64,000 nucleotides of DNA, taken from contig OZ320316.1 of NCBI GenBank assembly GCA_976226885.1, positions 77,066,001 through 77,130,000 of the forward strand. The letters run 5' to 3'. Source of the stretch: Iphione sp. A-MEVVRFRX5 (Eukaryota). Under the pieces are notes generated by a model that had not been told where the DNA came from, searched no databases, and saw only the letters and a program-made list of their open reading frames with translations. Positions within the stretch are counted from its first letter, which is position 1. Each line of letters starts with the position of its first letter. The translations under genes were made by a program, and so were the position numbers. Positions 23,001 to 35,900 of this stretch are shown one piece after another.

Positions 23001-25285
23001 TTTAACGCTAATTATTATTTTGGGCAAATACAAACCATTACAAATACTAAAAGGTGATTCAAAGTATGATCAACATTCTTGGGACGGTGCGTTCAACAGT
23101 GTGTCGTGCCTTAATATTCAATTCCCCAAATGAATCGATACCAACAACTATTCCTAAAAGTTTTCAATGGAAAGTTACTTAAATGCTCCTTTACACTACG
23201 AGATAGGAATCTTTTGAAGCCCTACTGGCTTAAAATAAAACAGCAGTCCCTGGAGGTAACTCTACCTAGCCGGTCCGAGCTTTCTGCACATATCCTGCTA
23301 AGGTGTCTGGGAGTATATTATACTGTTAACTACAGCCAGATGTCACGACCAAAGTGGAAACTGCTGCCACCTGCTTTTATGTAGGTAGGTACTACTCCGA
23401 TGTTCTATTAATATTCACTAACACGACACAACTATATAGGAGGCCTAAGAAAAGCCACTTCAGATATTTCAGAACGAAAGCTAATTTCAGACATTGTTTG
23501 TCGATCCTACAAATGGCCTTACAATTTTCATGGATATTTCTTTCAAAATATGTTAATCGTTCTGACAGTAGGCCATGTCGTGCAGAGTGTCTTCTATCAT
23601 TAAAATCTCAGTAGTAGAAAGGTCAAGGGTTTCCTGTCTGGCAGCTGACACGGCGATCTACCAGTTGTTCTCTACCTTGGTTATGTTGATATGGCGACCA
23701 CCTTCCACTGCCTTACGGCTACACGATATAAATGCATTATACGACATGGAGAAAGTTTCTCCTATAACATACCTACAAGAATGACATATTTGTACAAGGC
23801 GTTCGCTCTTGTCTGTAAAACGGTAACATTAAGCCTTAGCCTTTTCTACTGGTAAACTAAGTTTTTTTTCTAAAAAGTTGTGGCCATACAGTTGCTGAGA
23901 GACCATGTGCAGAACCACCCTCACATTCTGAAGTGTAGCGCCACACAAGTTTTGAGGCCATCGGTTTTCTATTTGGACGGTGCCAGTTGCACTTGTTGCC
24001 TATATATATATTCCCTTTGCATGGCGCTCCCTCGAAAATCCTTTATGCATTCTTTTTGGTTTGTGCATAAAATGCGCTGTAGAAACTCTAGCTAGGAACA
24101 CACTGATCAGTATGGAGAAGTATACAGAATTACAGGCAGATACCACGATGCCAGCAACTTTTGGTTCTTGCCACATCGTTCTGGTCTGTTGAAAGTAGTT
24201 TCTACTTGAAAATATTCTGTCCAAGCCACGTTGTTAGCTGTTCAACCGATGTCTTTATAACGTATTTTGTCCACTGTATTCGAATGTTTTATTCAGCTCT
24301 GTGCATCATGAATCTTTGCACTGGAATCACTGGTCCACATTTGGTCGGTCTTGGTTCGCTCTCCTGTTTTTAGTGGCAGGTTTCGTTTAAGGAGTCCAGA
24401 ACGTCGAAATAAACCAACGTGTATCTGTACAAACGGATGATTGCCCAAGGACAAAATATGGATATAAATTCAACGTGTACATGTACGATGTATACAACTA
24501 CATGTACTGATTTCGAATGGCATCACGGTTAGTGATATTTTTCGTAGCAAAGAACATGTAATGAATGCATTCATTATGCATCCCTTGGTGAAATGAATAT
24601 CTACATGTTAAATATGATCATCATGGCATCTGGCCAGGTGCGGGCCCCCTAAAAAGAAGACACATCTGATAGTTTTCAAGTGTCCAGCGGCTGGGTCACA
24701 CATATGGTAAATTGTACGGTCTGAATTTTGGTTAACATGACTTCGTCACGCCTCCACCCGAAAGGAAAACAAGTCTCCTCACCAAAGTGAGATGGGTAAC
24801 TCCATGTTGGGGATCGGTCTAGTAGGTGTATATGTACATGCATACACTTCTTTTGCCGGTCACCAGTGGTAATGAACTGTTGATGCATCTGTGGCAGTTG
24901 TCACATGTGACGCTTCCTCGTTCTAAAGGACATGTGGTATATAAACGCTGGGCCCTCTGGCTCCACTTGAGGAGATGCAAGATTGAATGGCCCCAACGTC
25001 TGTAGGTCCTTGAAAAATACGTGCTTGAAACCGAACCAGAGTCAACCGGCCGTGCGGTGTGCTTTTATATCGTTTTTTTGATACAGATTTCATAAAAGTT
25101 GAAGTCTGGTTCATTGGCAAGTTGTTGATCTGAAAACCACACGGTCTGTTTCACATACAGTACATTCAAACCATACATCAACATTGCAGACATAGTTCAG
25201 GGAAACACGCAGTCAATCAATACATTTATTATCCCCTTGCCTAAAATTTCAAGTCCATTACCGCCTCGCATATTTTCTTACTTAC

Positions 25286-25591
25286 AAAGGACAAGTCGAC
25301 GCGCGAAGGACTTGCTCGTGTCGGTCTTGAGCTCGTCGTGGTGGTCGTCGTCTCGTAGAGCGCCGACCGGCCGCCGGGGCCGACGAACGGGCTGGTGCGC
25401 ACCGGGCTCTCATGCCGCTCGAACACAATGCTGCGTTCCGGCGTACGGCGCGTAACAATGCGCAGCGGCCGCGACACATGCTCATAGGTGATCTGACGTT
25501 GGCGCGGACGCTGGCGGAAGGGCGACGTGAGGAACTCACGCGGCTCGTAGACCACCTGGCTAGAATGATGCTTGGCCGAGATCAGAGGCAT
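25286..25591 (-). CDS. Candidate alternative first coding exon, 102 aa MPLISAKHHSSQVVYEPREF...SPSRVDLSF
   Basis: ATG in GCTACCATG context, 306-nt GC-rich ORF ending exactly at TTT|gtaagt (phase 0). Confidence 0.7.
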
Positions 25592-28500
25592 GGTAGCACT
25601 TGACACTCCTCACGTTTAGGACACACTGACGGACGGTCTACCGAAACACTGCACTGGCGGTTAAAACAACGGCAGCTCTGGATCTTTTAGCAAAGGCTCC
25701 TGCCTGGATTCCCCGAACTTCAGGACACTTCCAAAAACAAAAACGAGACGGGAAGATGAGCGAAACGATGTTCAGGGAGGCAGGGTTGCTGTACTGCTTG
25801 GACAACAATCTCGGTGGCGAACGACGATTTGCTCAGACCAAAGATATCTATGTAGACAACGGTAGTCCGCCTGTGATTTCCTTCGGGACAATATCACGGA
25901 TCCACGAGATGAGATATTTCGTTCCGCCGGCCCTGTGGGACTCAAGGAGAGGTAGCCTGGAGGCTGCTGCAGCTTCGACACGAGAATGGAGACTGGCCCC
26001 GAGAAACTTGCACACAGCCGCACAGAGAAGAAACTCAGTGGGGAGAGGGTCGGAAGCGGCTAGTGGTTGATGCGCCGCCAAGTCACTGTCAGCGCCTACC
26101 TGCCTACCAGTCGGCCTGCCCTGCCTGCCGGCTCAGTGCTCAGTCTAGGCTAACTGCTCCCAGGTCGCCACCCCAAGGTGGGTGGGCGGCTGAGCAATAT
26201 CTATGGATGCAAACATGAAGCCAGCGGCGGCTGCTGCTGCTGCTGTGCGAGAGGAGGTGGTGGGGGGCGCTCTGTGGGCATGTCCTGCTTCTTCAGGTTG
26301 TAAGGTGAATATATAGAAAGGTATGTTCTGGAGTGAGTAAGAGACGTACACAATGTACATTTGTAGGAGCAACTCAGAGCCTCACTACGACCGTCGCCAG
26401 ATGACGGGGCTTTCTTTTTGGGCTATTTACCGGCGATTTTAAACACGTCATTACATTTCAACTCAGGTCAGAACTTGTACCGAATCGGATGCATTCTGCG
26501 ACACATTTTGACCCGAGTAACTACATGTACCCTCTTTCCACCTTCATCCTGTGTGATAAAGCGGAGAGCTACTAAATGGAAAAGAGTCACAAAAGTAAAG
26601 AAAGGACTTTTCTATTTGAAAAAAAAGTACAGGATGTTTGTCATTCCTTCCTAACCCCCTCTTGGTGAAAGGATTTATTACCATCTGAAGCCTTCCTGAC
26701 CTATACAGTAAACTAAGTAGAGGTAAGGCTTACACAGCACAATAGTCCTTACAGCACGGTAGCGAGGCGACCAACGAGATCAATCATAGTCAGGATGCAT
26801 CCTGTCTCTAGGTGGCGCCACTGATCTTTTCGAAGAGGAAAATCACCATGTGGTTTTTGGATAAACTCGCTTTTTAAAAAGAGTCTTCGATGTAGTTGAC
26901 TTGACTGAGACTGCTATCTATAATTTGCTTATGTTAATCAGCAGCAAAGGATTTTTCTTACACAGCTGTTAAGTGAATCTCTTCTTTAAGCAGGGTTACT
27001 CCATTTCGTTCTCCAGATGGTGATTTGTTAAAAGGAATACAAAGGGGAAGGTATGGCCGTGTAACACCTGTGTGATAATTCTTACCCTAACACGTGTTTT
27101 CATTTCATATCTTGAAGTACACCAGTTCAGCCTGCTTTTTTCCCCAAAAGTCGGTCGCGCTGCTCCAGTAGAAGGTCGCAAAATAATCTCGCAACCCTGC
27201 CCTGTCAAATATGATTCTCAGTGACACTGGTGGATTCTACCTTACTCTATTTTACTCTGTAGTTCCTACCAACATTTACACATGCACAGCACATGCCGCT
27301 CTTAACAACGTTTAATAAAAAGGACAGGGACGTGGATGCTACAAAACGCTTCACATTGACATGTTTCTGAACGAAGATTTTCTTCCACAGTCCTTTCTGT
27401 ATGGTAAAAAACTGCATGAGTTGATTCGAGTCGAATGCTCAATACCAGCGAAGGTTTTAAATGTGATCACTTCGCCAGGTAATATCTTATCGCCTGATGG
27501 TTATGGATGTCCGATAGCAAAAGCCATAAGGCTTACGTCGAAATGGGTTTTATCAGCTACCACCTCTTAATGGGTACCAATTGTGCTACCATCCACCTGT
27601 GTAGGAAGACGACATCTTTTGAACTTAAAGAACAAAGCTCAGCAACTAATACACGCATTCAATACGTGTACTACACACTTCAGAAGTACATGTAGTACGA
27701 AAAGCCATCAAATTGTGTTTTTAAGGTAGCAAGTTATGCACATTTCGGAGCTTTACTGTAGATAGCTTATCTACAACTGTTGCTAGGACATGTACAAACA
27801 AACACCGCTATGCACACCACTCGTATGGTTGATTATAGGAGACTTGCATTTTTAGGTTTTCGCTTTCAGTAAGCATTTCGGATTTTCCTTTTGAGATCTA
27901 TTACAAAGCAGTAAAACGGAACCACAGAAAGGTTCGACCTAGGGATGTTTTCGTTAGTTCGGAAAAGCTGCATCATGTGAGTCCCTTTACAACGTCGATC
28001 ACCGCAAACTTATTCAAGGATATCATCCTCAGCCTTACCTGCGATGCAGAAGTAGTCTCTAGGGGGTGGACACCACAGGCGCAGATTCCTCAGCAACAAC
28101 AATACGCTATTTAGCCTGGTAGCCATAGACCGGACTCAACAGGCTGGTGGAAACTCAGCAAGTCAGCTCTGGATGTGGTGTCTATGTGTGCGCTTCTGCT
28201 CGACTGAACGGCGAGCGGATCAAAGTCCAAGCATTATTAGCTATTAGTCTCCTGATCAGCAACGACAGGAGGAAGGTCCACAGCAACAGGCGAATCAATG
28301 TTGGACTGCTCCGCTGTGTTCGCAGAGATTGACCCTGCTTAGAAATATGGACTTAGATAGGGACCTTAATAGGACAGAGATGCATGAAGCAGCTGGTTAC
28401 ATGTATGCCTCATACCAGATAGCAACGTTACTGTCACTTGGGTCACAAACAAAGTCTGGAAAATACTCACACAGGTTTTTAGTTTTGGTTTTGCCCTTCT

Positions 28501-30134
28501 TTTCTTAATTATTTATTGCTTGTCGTCAGCTGAGAGTAGTTCATGTGAGACAGGGCACAAGTTCAGCTATTATGTACAGCTGGACAACAGCTTGAGGTCC
28601 AGATACCAGAACAAATTCTCCACAGACCGAACCGTATCCTGTGCTGCTGACCGTCTGTGGTTTACTTCTACTACTCTGAAGACACCTGTTTGTTGTACGA
28701 TTTATTCAATATACACCGTGTAAGCAATTACATATACTGCCTGCGAGAATTTCTAACATGTCTGACCACAATATTATTAAACAGAGTTTAAAAACCGGTT
28801 CATTCATAGAAGGCTGAGCTGCAAAATGAAATATGGTGCAACGAGCCCATATAGCCAGACATTCACAAGCACAGTCTGATATGGCCGTTATACATCTTTA
28901 ATCGCACCATACTTTGGGCTCTTACAGTCTATCAGTGAAGAATCGTCCACATATCGACTCTTACATTAGCTGCTGTTGCCAAACGTTTTGTATGATCACC
29001 AATAAAACGAAGTGAAGAACCATAAATCGTCAACGCGATGATACGGTCCACTGAAAACTTAAACAGCAGCAGCCACCGTCACAGTTGATATCCAAGCGAA
29101 CGTAATTTCTGATTGGTGTGTATACGTATATGTGAGCGTATGTGGAACTACAGACCTATATTCCTTCAATGGTAAATGATGCATGTTTTTTCTATTATGT
29201 GCATAAAGTGTGGACGAATGAGAAAAATGGACCATGATTATTTTTCATGGATCCATAGAATAGAGATAGAAGTATAGAAAAAGAGACACAGAGATCATGG
29301 ATGTGGGTATGGAAAATACATGTATAGAATAAATATGAATCTCTCTGTTAAAGATGTTTATGAAAAATTTCTTTATGCAGAATCTGCAAAAGGCAGAATG
29401 TAAGCAGAATCTGAACCTTTCACAAAAACATACCTGCACATATGCAATGACAAACAAGCAAATATATGAGTATGCACAGCCATATACATGTAATATTTTC
29501 ATAACACTATACATGTGTATGCAAATACACAGTATATGTACATTTCTCGTCCCTTCCATGAAGAAAACGTACATGTGCATAGGTCCACAGCTATCTGTAC
29601 TTCCTGCCTACCACATGCTGGAAAAATCCAGCTCACACGGCCCTGCGTGCACACGAATATCAAGCTTAAGCAGGCGGGTGACCCATCTAGGATGACAAAC
29701 TGTCCAAGGACCATCCACTTTTACCATCAGAGACATCAGGGAATCAACCAGCAACTGTCACATAATGAATTGCTCTCGCCCGAGGCAGCGGGGCCTGGAC
29801 AACTAACGGGGTATCCATAACTGCCTTTGGGGGATACTATTTTTAATATATGTGTGTAACCTTCAAAGAGCGAGGACCGAAAGTCTTCCGGAGAACATTT
29901 TCTGTTCTTTTCTCAAATATAAGAATACTGACTTAGAAAAAAAGCTATGTAATAAATGTACACACAAAATCTGAAACGATTCAAGAAGTCGTAAGTGCAT
30001 GCCCTGAAAATTAAATACACCAGACGGCATCTGAAAAGACATGTTATTATACGGGTGTATATTTGTAGAGGTGTAGTTCTATCATGAGCTGTAGCGCCAA
30101 CGTTTGCAACAGTAATTGATTGAATAATGCTAAC

Positions 30135-30227
30135 CTGGAAGTGGAGAATGATGGTCCATATGAGGCCAAGGGTAAGCTTCGGGTTTCCGTCCACAATCTC
30201 ATCTGGCCGAATATTCACCAACCGAAT
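30135..30227 (-). CDS. MACF1/DST/PLEC-like: CH1 exon equivalent to plectin exon 5: [31 protein letters not shown]
   Basis: Acceptor tttatcacattag, 93 nt, donor gttagc; ends in phase 0, so the next (CH2) exon must start in phase 0. Confidence 0.97.
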
Positions 30228-31982
30228 CTAATGTGATAAAACATAAGGCAATTAAATCGGCTGGTCATTATGAGTGTCACATGGTAAAACAATATATGTA
30301 CATGTACTCAGGTGTGATACCAAATTCATGAGACGTTTACAAATCTATCAATATCTGCGTCCAATTTCATTTCTCACCTAAGTCGAAAGAATCTTTAATA
30401 ATAATCCATCCTTTGCATGTTAAAACGAAAAGGGATCATGCCTGATCCCCTTGCAATGCAACTTGCAGTCCCGAATGCAATGTAAAGTATAACTGATGCC
30501 AACATACAACTGGTGCCATCTGTTGCGCAACACTGGCACCACATTATAGCGAGGATGTCTGAATCTTGTACTAAGAAAGCGTACAGCACGCTAAGACTTA
30601 ACTACGTAAATCTTTGCTTTAATAATACCATCTATCCTTTCAGATCGTTTATTTACAGCCCTTCGGGAAGAATGATTAAGGTAACAAACCATCAATTCAG
30701 GTTTGAGAAGTATGACTGATTAGGACTATTTTTAAATAATGTTTTTGGAGCCTGGGAAAAGATTTCAAAGCTTACTTCTCATACGAATGTATGAACGCAA
30801 GTCCAACTGAATAAATACCAAACCGTCAGGGAGGGAACTATCAACTGGTATTACTAATAATCATTATTTAAACTATTTTGGTTCGAATAAGAATTTACAG
30901 CAACATTTTACTCGTTCCTTCATTTATTTTGTAACTTGGATTATTTTAAACAGAAACTTGAGTGTGTCCACAGAATGATACAAATATGTCTTCAAACTGA
31001 ATATATGTTCTTTGTGACTACGGAAAGTGTAAATAGAATCTGGTCGAGACACCTTGAGGCGAACTTAAAAAAGGACGAAAATAATTCACATATTAATTAT
31101 CCCTCTCTTAATATAGAGGTAATTTATATTTGTGACACTTCGTTTTAGTGTCTCATTACCTAACCTTATCATGAGGTCTTCCCTTAAAAAATGACTTTCC
31201 GATATCTCCGGAACATACGCGATGAAAAACAATCTCTAATCTAACAGACCTGTCGCCATTACCTGCCCCGGCTGGTACTGAACACATATTCATTTCTCAT
31301 GAAAAGTAAGCATTCTTTCACAGACTGACAGCTCTATGTGAAAAACTCCTGTTATCAAAGTTTCGAGCATCCTTCCCCTTTTTGGACTCGCGTCCTGACT
31401 TGACAGTTACGGCTTTATTCACAAAAGAATCCACCTAGAGGCACTATCACAGAACGGCGTGGAAAACGGCCATAAATGTCCGTGTCAAGGACCTCATTAG
31501 GAAGTAAATGCCTCGTTGTCTGTGGATGTGTACCTGGCGTTATACATGTACGCTTATTTGTGCATCACTAGACGTTCATGGCTGCCAGTCTCTTTGATTG
31601 ACAGTGGGGCAGTTCTGTTACAGGATTCTGTGATTATTCTTCTGCATAACTCGTTTGCCACAACTTCAAATAGCATGCAGGCTAGGAATACGCCCATCCA
31701 CACAAGTGTCGGTAGGCCAACTAGACTGACTTTATCCCTTATATGCCAGGTTTCTAAGAGTCAACAAATATTCAGCAACCAATACCACTCTTCCAGTTAA
31801 AGTAATCCCCAGTTCCAAGCATTTTTAGAAAACATTAAAGAGACGTGAGCTGAGAACGTAAGCGTGGAACGAAATGGCTATCTTATACATCTCCCCATGG
31901 CAACACTGCAATTAGAAATATGGCATTCAAGAATAAAAACAGAATTTGATTAAATGAGAATCATCATGTAAAAGGTACTCAC

Positions 31983-32060
31983 CCCTTTATACTTCAAGAA
32001 GTCTAATGCTATCTGGACGTTTTGCAACTTGTGAAACCGCATGTGGCCCCTCTCTCGAGG
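31983..32060 (-). CDS. MACF1/DST/PLEC-like: CH1 exon equivalent to plectin exon 4: [26 protein letters not shown]
   Basis: Acceptor ccgatttatag, 78 nt, phase 0/0, donor gtgagt; matches [20 protein letters not shown]. Confidence 0.97.
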
Positions 32061-32288
32061 CTATAAATCGGAAGGAAAATCATATTTTAGAACGATTCTC
32101 ATAAACAGTGTGCACGTTAAAACTTTTGTGATGATGATTATTTTCATTCATAATAAAAATGCATAATAAAATAGAAATGCTTCTCAACAAATTCTATTTC
32201 CTAGGGTTGGATCGGGTCTGAGCATTCATCCAACAGATGACAGAATATGGCTTCCTGCCAAGTAATACTTATTTAATAATGCACTCAC

Positions 32289-32378
32289 CATGGAATCCTG
32301 GGAGAGAACCTCAAGCAGCGTAATGAGGTTATGACCATCACGTAAATCTTCGAAGAGGTCAGTGACATGGCGGTGGAC
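32289..32378 (-). CDS. MACF1/DST/PLEC-like: CH1 exon equivalent to plectin exon 3: [30 protein letters not shown]
   Basis: Acceptor ctttaaatag, 90 nt, phase 0/0, donor gtgagt; contains [20 protein letters not shown]. Missed by the ORF track because it is short. Confidence 0.97.
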
Positions 32379-32944
32379 CTATTTAAAGTAGGGAGCATGT
32401 TTTAGGTGTATGTATGACGTTAATGAACGCTAGGCTGCCATAATATGTCGTGTAAAAAGTAAGTATGAAAGGCCAGGCACGGCGTCATTATAAATAATTG
32501 TTCCGATGTTTACTTGAATATCAACGAGGTCTGGTTGACACTTTGAAAGAGAGTACATGTAGTTTGAAACGACACATTAAAATCTAAAAGCTATGTTTAT
32601 ACTTTTTTTCTTTCACTGTGTTTCAGCCCAGTCTTCACCACAAATGACATATTTTACAAATGGATTTATTTTCAGCACCACATGGCAATACAACTTAAAA
32701 TATTGAAGCAGATTCAGTATTTACACCAAGGAAGAGAGTAGCAGTGGAGGCGAACTTAAGTCAATGCATGGCAGGGACCACTTACATGATTAAAGAAACT
32801 TCATCCTAAGTCTTCAATAGTAAGGGGTGACCTTTTACGGTGAAGACTTATATTTAAAGCCATACAGATAATTCAAACACCCATCAATCTTTCCACATTC
32901 ACACCTTACACTTTAGGTGAAGGTGAGCAAATTGAAAGACAAAC

Positions 32945-32962
32945 CTTGGGAAACCTCCAATG
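32945..32962 (-). CDS. 18-nt microexon HWRFPK (plectin 2-alpha-like)
   Basis: ttcttctttctgattatgtgcag|CATTGGAGGTTTCCCAAG|gtttgt; phase 0/0; begins HWR like HWRAE. Confidence 0.7.
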
Positions 32963-35900
32963 CTGCACATAATCAGAAAGAAGAAGTATGTCATTTAATA
33001 GTTTTACAAACGAGATGTCGTTGGAGGCTTTTTTTAAATAGAGCTATTTAATACCATTTTGAAGTAGCCACAATTTACTTAAATGGCGTCGGTAAAATCT
33101 AAATATTATTTTATAACTTAAGTTCAATTATACTCCCATAAGTTACTTGCCTTACTGAATTTACATGCTTTTCGTCATAAACTATACATGCCTGACAGTG
33201 GGTTAGTTCTGGTCTAATATCTTAATTTCTACGTTCTCATACTGAAATGCAGTAATCCGTGTTATGAAATACCTCTATATCTGCTTGTCTGCCTTCTGAA
33301 CTATACATGCCCTTATGATTTTGTCTTGATTACTCGTACGACAGGTCGATACTTAAAGACTGTCTCTACCATGAGTCAACATCAGCAAATCTCTACATAC
33401 ACTGTATGTATATTACGTATCTACAGCATCTCGTATTGAGAAATGCTAATTCATTTCTGGTATATATTCGGCTGATATTTTTCGTATCCTTCCTGTTTTA
33501 TTTCAACGACTATAGCATAAGGCTGAACGTTTCAATCAGGTAAACACGTCTCAAGGATTTTGACGATAGGCCGTCTTTGTAGCATACAGAATAAACCACT
33601 GATATATAATGCCATCCTCTCATATATATTCAACTTCATTGGAATGACATTATTTGAACTGGCTGTCAGCCATCTTGACAGCCCCTCCCACTTTTCCTCT
33701 ACCTTCCTTAAACCTTGACACTGCTGAGTCACACGGTGACTGAATACGCCCATCTGTACTAGCACGACATCTATCGTCGTCTGCAGGAAGCTCTTCTCCG
33801 CTTCACCACGTTGCTAGTTGAATTTTAACATTCTCGTTCCCAAACTTCTGTTTCCCATTATATACTGGGATATTATAGCTTCGGTAGATTTGCTCATCTC
33901 GCTGTATGATTATGTATACGAATGTGGTTGCGGGGTTATAAAATAAGAATCTACCAATGTATAAATTCACATTCCCCAATCATGGCTGACTCAAATTCTG
34001 CCTCATATCACCATACGTCAATACAGACATTATGGGCTTCTTGTAGTATAGGAAAAGAAGACAATTCTTTATAAACACTGCATTAAACTATTTGCATAAA
34101 GCTGGAATAAACGTTTGAACGAACTCCAAGCAAGATTCGTTGAAATCTTTGATTTACAAACACTCGTCGACACCACGTCCACCTAACATTGATCTAGACA
34201 GGTACATTCATGTATATGTTAATGCTTACAACTGCTCCGGTAAGTAAACACCTTATGCTCAATATTTCATTTTGGATGACTAAAGGGTTACAATCTCCCC
34301 ACGGACTAGGTCGGTAGTTTACGGGTAGCTAATGTAACGTATCTGCCACTGGTTGATGTTGTGTTGACGCAGTTGGGAGGTATTGGGGTGTGGTGGTTTT
34401 AAATCCCTACTGGGCCGCGAGAAGAACCAGCTGGAAATATGATGACATGCCCTTCAATGTTGAGTGGAACGTCCCTGGTGTTGGAAGAGCTGCATCTGCG
34501 GCATCTATGCCAGCATGGCGAGAAATCTATACATAGTTCTTCCTGATATTGATTAAATTGTATTAGGAATAGATTCTGATGGATAACACCTTATTAGGCA
34601 CGGGACCATATCGTCCATCGTTCTCTTCCAACATTTAACCGACATGTTCACTGGTCTCAACACCCCTTAGACACAAAATACACGTTTCGGAATATGTGTG
34701 CTCGTCCCCATAAGTTTCCCTAGTGGGTCCAAGATTAAACTGGCCTAAGACAGTACATTTAGATGTGGATCAAAATGATAGCTATATATGTAGATACCAA
34801 TCTTGAAATCTAAATACAGTTTGGGGGAGTGTGTCTTGCCACGAAAATATTTTGGAGTATTCATGACAAGAGTTGAAAGACATACTTATACTGTAAGTCT
34901 GCCGAATCCCCGCGGAGATGATTTCCACGTTAAGTAGCTGGTAATCCTTACTTGACTAAAGCATGCTGGTTTAATATGGAATTACATCTGTTAAGTCTTG
35001 TGGCAGACTTCCATGGAATATGGGGATTTTATTAAATAAACATACCGAAACGGGCAAGCAACAGCATAGTTTCTTCCGTGTTATTCTATATTTATGAATA
35101 CAAGAATTATAATCTAAGTTAAAAATGAGAAGTAGCTCGGGGGTGGAGTTAGTTTTCTGGAGACTTCCTAAGTTGAAATATTTGCAAATTTGAATTTCAG
35201 AACTGAGGAGGAGCTTTGCCAAATAGACGACCTGCAAAGTGTATCCCCCATCAGGTGGTACACGAAATGGGTGCGTTTCCCACGATGTACGGCTACACTG
35301 TGTGATCTCTAGTAGGGAATGAAAAATTCATTACAATCACCTTACTAAACTACCGGTGGTTGTCTCTCACCGGCCATCCCAGTGTGTATGTGTAGGAGAG
35401 GCAGTGATTGGTAGTAACATTTTTTTCAATTTGATTTCCTTCCACGAATCATATCTTTTTGAACGAAAATCACTACATGTGCATGTTATGTTCATTTCGA
35501 TTCTGAGTAACACTCGACAAACAGAAAATCAGGATACAAGAGAGAGAGGCCACCCATCCCACCACACTGCTGTTGTCTGTGAAGAGTTTATGCACAAATT
35601 AGCAAGCTATTGTATCGTCCCTTAGTGATAGTTATAACTCAATTTACAGAGGCAGTGAGCGTAAACTGGATGAGACCCATCTCAACCAGGGATATAATTC
35701 CCCCACCCGTGATTAATATGGTGAAGTTACACCCACCCACACCGTTAACCAAGTGAATGCATGAGAGAACGTTCTTCATAATGTGATCCCAGTGACCGAC
35801 CTAAACACCTGCGTCAATTCAGTTGAACGCAAATACCTGGATAATATCGACCGGGTGTATGGGTCCAGTAATCCTTAATATGGCTGTAAAGACTAAACAG

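Noticed and set aside
1-30134. Search for the CH2 exon (ISDI...LLLW type)
   Set aside because: Not found by eye; presumed to lie beyond position 1.
32061-32288. Search for a plectin 3-alpha-like 36-nt exon
   Set aside because: No suitable acceptor/donor pair in this 228-nt intron.
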